Source: a virus (taxonomy: Duplodnaviria; Caudoviricetes). From it: DNA of 30,342 nt. Made by a program: the position numbers and the translations under genes. The stretch covers positions 1 to 30,342 of the IMG/VR virus record IMGVR_UViG_3300030330_004490. The stretch is one strand, 5' to 3'. The first letter of the stretch is position 1; the number at the start of each line of letters is the position of its first letter. Positions 25,940 through 30,342 of this stretch are shown piece by piece. The notes beneath the pieces were generated by a model, which was not told the origin of the DNA, did not search any database, and saw nothing but the letters and a program-made list of their open reading frames with translations.

Positions 25940-27207
25940 GCTACACAGATAAAGAGCTTGCGGACTGGGCGGATATTGCTTCCGCTCGTGTTCTTTTTGG
26001 CGACTGCACGGAAAAGATGAGGGAGATCCCCTCCTGCTCTATAGATGCGATTGTATGCGATCCGCCCTATGGTCTTTCTCCGGATGGCGTGGCGCGCACA
26101 TGGTCCGACATCGAAGAGGGGCGCAGGATTGGCGGTTTTATGGGCAGGGGCTGGGATGCGGCAGTCCCTTGTCATAACTTCTTCGCGGAGTGCTTTCGGG
26201 TGTTGAAACATGGCGGGCATCTTATCGCCTTTAGTAGTACACGCACCGTTTTTGCGCTTGGTATGGCATGCCAGAAAGGAGGTTTTGAGCTTCGTGATCA
26301 AATCTTCTGGTGTTATTTTAGCGGGTTCCCAAAGTCACACGATATAAGCAAGGCGATCGATCGAGAGGCGGGGGCGGTGCGTGAGGTTGCACACCTTAAA
26401 GGCAAGAGCGGAAAGGAACGAATGTGCATGCAAGGAGACTATAAGGGAGAGTATTTTGAAACAAACCCAGCAACCAAAGAGGCCGAGCGATGGTCTGGCT
26501 TTGGAACCGCCTTAAAACCCGCCGTTGAGCCCGCATTGCTCGCACGCAAACCGCTTGAGAAAGGCTTGACGATTGCACAGAATGTCTTGAAACATGGGAC
26601 AGGTGCGCTCAATATAGATGGGTGTCGTTTTGGTTATGGTGATCCTTGCTGGGTTGGGCCTCAAGATGGTTACGGTAGATCTGCAAAAAGATCAAATGGT
26701 ACAATCGCAAATATTAGAGTTGGCGGCGCTGTGCCTATGGGTACAAATAGAGACAATGCGGAATATGCACACGCTCAAGGCCGTTGGCCCGCAAACCTCT
26801 ATCAATGCGCCAAAGCATCAAGATCCGAGAGAGAGGCGGGCCTGTCTCATCTCAAAGCCAAGAGCGGAGCGGATGCCGTACAACGGAAAGAGGGATCGGC
26901 GGGCATAGATAATCCAAGAGCAGGCGCGGGCCGTACTGCTGACGAGATTAAGAACTTTCATCCGACAGTAAAGCCGCTCAAGTTGATGCGGTGGTGCTGT
27001 CGTCTCGTTGGCGGCCAGAAAGGATCGGTTATCCTTGACCCGTTTGGTGGGAGTGGTACAACCGGAGCGGCGGCGATTTTAGAGGGCTTTGATTGTATCC
27101 TGATAGAGAGAGAGCCCGAATATCTTCCAATCATTGAGGGGCGTTTGCGGTGGGCGCGTCAAGAGTATAAGAGAGAGAATGCGCAGCTTAAACTCTTCGG
27201 GGGTTGA
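25936..27207 (+). CDS. DNA N6-adenine / N4-cytosine methyltransferase, beta class
   Basis: DPPY precedes HPTVKP and DPFGGSGTT. Confidence 0.93.
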   Translation: MSYTDKELADWADIASARVLFGDCTEKMREIPSCSIDAIVCDPPYGLSPDGVARTWSDIEEGRRIGGFMGRGWDAAVPCHNFFAECFRVLKHGGHLIAFSSTRTVFALGMACQKGGFELRDQIFWCYFSGFPKSHDISKAIDREAGAVREVAHLKGKSGKERMCMQGDYKGEYFETNPATKEAERWSGFGTALKPAVEPALLARKPLEKGLTIAQNVLKHGTGALNIDGCRFGYGDPCWVGPQDGYGRSAKRSNGTIANIRVGGAVPMGTNRDNAEYAHAQGRWPANLYQCAKASRSEREAGLSHLKAKSGADAVQRKEGSAGIDNPRAGAGRTADEIKNFHPTVKPLKLMRWCCRLVGGQKGSVILDPFGGSGTTGAAAILEGFDCILIEREPEYLPIIEGRLRWARQEYKRENAQLKLFGG

Positions 27208-27208
27208 T

Positions 27209-27499
27209 ATGGAAACCGAGCGACTAGAGGCGGCAATCCTAAAGACGATTGATCACCTCAAGAAGAGCCATGATCTCAAGATGCATGTCGATCGCAAATA
27301 TCTCCGGTATCTATCCACTCTAAGAAACCAGGTCGCGGCGTACAAGCTCGACCGCACCCAGTTCGAAGTGGATGATCTGGTGTTTGCAATCCTGAGAGAT
27401 GATGCTTTGACCATTGAGCAAATCAAGATCGCTTTTGATCTCAATGATATGCTCTTTGCGATGATGATCGAAAGAATGCGAGAGCGCGATCGTCTCTGA
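27209..27499 (+). CDS. Hypothetical protein, 96 aa (METERLE...)
   Basis: ATG 1 nt after the MTase stop, G-rich RBS. Confidence 0.6.
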   Translation: METERLEAAILKTIDHLKKSHDLKMHVDRKYLRYLSTLRNQVAAYKLDRTQFEVDDLVFAILRDDALTIEQIKIAFDLNDMLFAMMIERMRERDRL

Positions 27500-27536
27500 G
27501 AGGCGCAGAATAGCGATCTGATAAAATAAATTAATT

Positions 27537-27614
27537 TATTTTGATATAATATGTTGCTATCTTGTACAGATAAGATATATATATTGTACAACAACAAAAC
27601 AAAGGAGCAACAAA
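27537..27614 (+). promoter_or_regulatory. Promoter/leader module, paralogous to 19920-19998
   Basis: Same conserved blocks as the 19920 module; TTGCTA...TATATA. Confidence 0.75.
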
Positions 27615-27866
27615 ATGAAAAACTTTACCGCACAAGAAAAAGTAGAAATAGCAAAATCCCTAAGCGATTACATAGACGGCTCGCTCTACTCTTATGTGTC
27701 ATTTCTCGGTCATGTTGTTGTTGGTGTTTATACCGACTTTGACCTTGACGGGATCGACTGCATCCTTAGTGACTGGGGCTTTGATTGCGTTATCGATAAC
27801 AAATTCAACAATAGAAGTAAGCACATAGAGGGCGGCAAGCGCTTCGGATTTCGCCTCACATTTTAA
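27615..27866 (+). CDS. Hypothetical protein, 83 aa (single-gene moron)
   Basis: Own promoter, RBS 27601-27609 and terminator. Confidence 0.78.
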   Translation: MKNFTAQEKVEIAKSLSDYIDGSLYSYVSFLGHVVVGVYTDFDLDGIDCILSDWGFDCVIDNKFNNRSKHIEGGKRFGFRLTF

Positions 27867-27886
27867 TAACTTCAACGGCCAAGCAA

Positions 27887-27915
27887 GCCCGCCTTTGAGC
27901 GGGCCTTTTTATTTT
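27887..27915 (+). terminator. Intrinsic terminator
   Basis: GCCCGC/GCGGGC stem then CUUUUUAUUUU. Confidence 0.85.
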
Positions 27916-27926
27916 CTGCTAAAACG

Positions 27927-27950
27927 TGCTATATTATGCGGGAGAGGTGA
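27927..27950 (+). promoter_or_regulatory. Extended -10 promoter and RBS for portal
   Basis: TGcTATATT at 27927-27935 just after a terminator; GAGGTGA RBS. Confidence 0.55.
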
Positions 27951-27952
27951 GC

Positions 27953-30342
27953 ATGTCTAAGAATCTACCCGTCAAACGTCCGTCTATTTGGGCGCGCATT
28001 GTCAAGGCCCTGTATCGTGTCGAAGAGAAGCCGGAGCGACCCGCGCACGGTGCGAACTGGTCAAGGCCTCAAGGGCAAAACAACCCATATCCCGCGCGGA
28101 TCTCCATGTCCGCATTCGCCTCTCATGGTTATGTTTTTGCAGCGGTGTCTCGTGCATCTCAAGATCTCGCCGCGCTTCCGGTCAAGCTTATTCGGGGAAA
28201 GGGAAAGGCGGCGACGATCATCGAAGAGCATCCCTTTCTTGACCTGATGGAGCAACCTTCGAGCTATGTTGATGGGTTCTCTTTAAGAGAGCAGCTCATT
28301 GTTGATCTCATGCTGACCGGCGGATGCTATCTGTTACTCGCGGGTACAAACGAGGCCCCCGCCAGCCTTTTTCGGCTCCACCCAGAACAGACAAAGATTA
28401 TCACCGATCCGATCTTGGGAATTAAGGGGTTTGAGTTCAGCGACTCCGGCAAGATCGTAGAGTATCCGATCGATCGGGTCGTGTTTGCTCAGAATGCTTC
28501 GTGGGCTTCCGGTGTTGATTCGCTTTATGGTCTTGGAGGAATCCAGCCACTCGCCAAGGAGATCGGCGCGGACCTTAGTGCGCAAAAGCTCGCGAGCGAT
28601 GCAGCCAGAAAGGGCCGGCCGGATATCTTGATCTCTCCTGCCGATGAAGCGGATATCTGGGACTACGATCAAAGAAGGTCGATCCTTGACGCGTATCGCG
28701 GAATGTCAAATGAAGGCGGAGCAATGGTGCTTAGTGGTCAGGTCAAAATCGAACCTCTTCAGGTAACACCGAGGGATCTAGAATTTCAAGCTGTGCGCAC
28801 CTATGCAAGAGAGGCGATTTCAGCGGTCTTTGGTGTTCCTCCCTCTGTGCTCGGAGCGGGCGATCTCAACTACGCCGTTTCTCGACAGCAGGCGTCGAAT
28901 TATTGGGAGGTACAAACAAAGAGAGGCAAGAAGCTCTCGCACCTCCTCACGCAGATCGCAAGGAAATTCGATCCGTCTTTAAGGGTTGAGATTGATTATT
29001 CAGGCGTTGAGGCGTTGCAATCTGTGAGAGATGCGCAGATAAATCGCATTGTTCAGCACGTAACGATCGGCATGCCGATTGCTGAGGCGTATGCCTATGA
29101 GGGGCTTGAGGATGCGCCGGTAATACCGGAAAGTGAAAGAGAAGATCCGGCTGATGACCTTGGAGACGAAGAGAGCCAGAACGTGCGCGCGCTTGATGCG
29201 CTTCTTCGTAGTATGACCAAAGACGTAGATCTTGGAAAGAAGAGCAACGCCCGCGAGGCGATGGCGGCATTGAGTGAGGCAACACAAAAAGGTCTAAAAA
29301 AAAAGGGTAAAGACCACAACGAAGAATATGGAGACAACAAAGAAAAGCGTTTGACGAATGTAAATTATTTGGCCGTCTCTTATCACCGAGGCCTGTCCGC
29401 ATTTTACAACAACCCTGCCTCGGTCCGTCCCACTGTCCAAAGTGCCGGACAGTGGGCGATGGCTCGCGTCAATGGATTTCTGTTCGCTCTTCGTAATGGG
29501 AGATACAAAAGAAAGCCCTACGACACGGACCTGCTCCCCGAAGCGCATCCGCTAAAGAATAGCGCAGATAAAAAAAAAGATCAGAAAATAACAAACTTCC
29601 CGCAGGCCGGAGATGATCAAGTTATTTCAATGCGAAATAGTAAGTATCCGACATTCGATCCTGAGTATGCGCAGGACCTGAAAGAGAACTGGCCGCAGAT
29701 ATGGAAGAGGGGCGGGAACATAGAAGGAGACAACCAATACAGAAGGCTTCTCCCGATTGTTACGCGCAAAGACAAGAAGGCGCAGACGGAAACGGAAGAG
29801 ATGGCCATAAAGAAGCGCGAAGCATGGGCCGCGCGTCACTCGGAGAACTTCAGGATCGCGGGTGTTGTGGCACAAATAAAATGGTTTGTTATTGGCGCAA
29901 AAGGTCAATCTTACATGAAGAAGCTCATAAACGATGAAAAGAAAAGGCTAAGCAAACACCAGAAGGAGATCGATTATAGACAATGGACAGAATGGGTCCA
30001 GATGTCGCACGGTCCCGCAGAGCGCAAACTTGAAAGAGTGGTATCCGATTATCTTGAGGGTGCTCAGGCCAGATATAAAAAGCGCATCCGTGAATATGTT
30101 CGATCCGAGAAGAACGGGCCTGATTATATTGCAAAGGGCGTAATCTCTTGGCCGGATCTCTTGGCTCTTGGCGAAGAGGTTGCCCGATTGACCGCAGATC
30201 TTGGCCGCGACTGGCTAGGTGTTTGGACAATCTCCGGCAATCGCGAACTTGAGAATGTATATCGCAGAGCAAAAAAAGAGAGGCCTCTTGATCTGGTATT
30301 TGGAGAGAGGGCGATTGCTGAATCTGCTATCGATCTAAGTGC
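27953..30342 (+). CDS. HK97-family portal protein fused to inserted domains and gpF; 933 aa when circularised (absent from ORF track because it has no stop in the window)
   Basis: Hand translation: YVFAAVSRASQDLAALPVKL, HPFLDLMEQP, LTGGCY, LYGLGGI, DLEFQ..R...REAISAVFGVPPSVLG...NYA; open to the window end and in frame with 13..1308. Confidence 0.92.
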   Translation, partial: MSKNLPVKRPSIWARIVKALYRVEEKPERPAHGANWSRPQGQNNPYPARISMSAFASHGYVFAAVSRASQDLAALPVKLIRGKGKAATIIEEHPFLDLMEQPSSYVDGFSLREQLIVDLMLTGGCYLLLAGTNEAPASLFRLHPEQTKIITDPILGIKGFEFSDSGKIVEYPIDRVVFAQNASWASGVDSLYGLGGIQPLAKEIGADLSAQKLASDAARKGRPDILISPADEADIWDYDQRRSILDAYRGMSNEGGAMVLSGQVKIEPLQVTPRDLEFQAVRTYAREAISAVFGVPPSVLGAGDLNYAVSRQQASNYWEVQTKRGKKLSHLLTQIARKFDPSLRVEIDYSGVEALQSVRDAQINRIVQHVTIGMPIAEAYAYEGLEDAPVIPESEREDPADDLGDEESQNVRALDALLRSMTKDVDLGKKSNAREAMAALSEATQKGLKKKGKDHNEEYGDNKEKRLTNVNYLAVSYHRGLSAFYNNPASVRPTVQSAGQWAMARVNGFLFALRNGRYKRKPYDTDLLPEAHPLKNSADKKKDQKITNFPQAGDDQVISMRNSKYPTFDPEYAQDLKENWPQIWKRGGNIEGDNQYRRLLPIVTRKDKKAQTETEEMAIKKREAWAARHSENFRIAGVVAQIKWFVIGAKGQSYMKKLINDEKKRLSKHQKEIDYRQWTEWVQMSHGPAERKLERVVSDYLEGAQARYKKRIREYVRSEKNGPDYIAKGVISWPDLLALGEEVARLTADLGRDWLGVWTISGNRELENVYRRAKKERPLDLVFGERAIAESAIDLS
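29447..30342 (+). repeat. Terminal direct repeat copy B (imperfect)
   Basis: See 1-896. Confidence 0.97.

Larger units (their letters stand above)
1..30342. mobile_element. Complete or near-complete tailed dsDNA phage genome (siphovirus-like), unit length 29,446 bp
   Basis: Full set of terminase, portal, protease, capsid, neck, tail tube, chaperone, tape measure, lysis and initiator genes. The ends overlap by 896 nt in the same reading frame. No tail sheath recognised. Confidence 0.93.

Noticed and set aside
27988-28672. Short ORFs listed in the track (27988, 27999, 28061, 28334)
   Set aside because: Shadows of the portal ORF starting at 27953

Overview
The window is an apparently complete ~29.4 kb tailed (siphovirus-like, HK97-type capsid) phage genome. 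The unit length is 29,446 bp: positions 1-896 recur at 29447-30342 as a ~94% identical allele. Recognisable modules: TerS and TerL; a 933-aa portal/inserted-domain/gpF (SPP1 gp7-like) fusion that spans the window ends and is missing from the ORF track; prohead protease; major capsid; neck and tail genes; chaperone pair; tape measure; tail tip; a putative lysin and holin; a minus-strand exonuclease/tail-fibre block; an initiator gene with internal iterons; and two DNA methyltransferases. No integrase, polymerase, helicase, tRNA or CRISPR was seen. The most notable signal is a candidate RNA regulon. Twelve non-structural genes, mostly in five dispersed promoter cassettes, share an AACAAAACAAAGGAGCA-type leader/RBS. 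A predicted ~75-nt sRNA (19841-19917) has its own promoter and terminator and carries two exposed segments complementary to that leader. A second element with the same scaffold but a different linker lies at 14808-14881. Candidate recoding sites are also present: A9 runs in the portal fusion and UCC_UUU_CGU (+1) in the tail chaperone. All calls come from reading motifs by eye; no searches were run.
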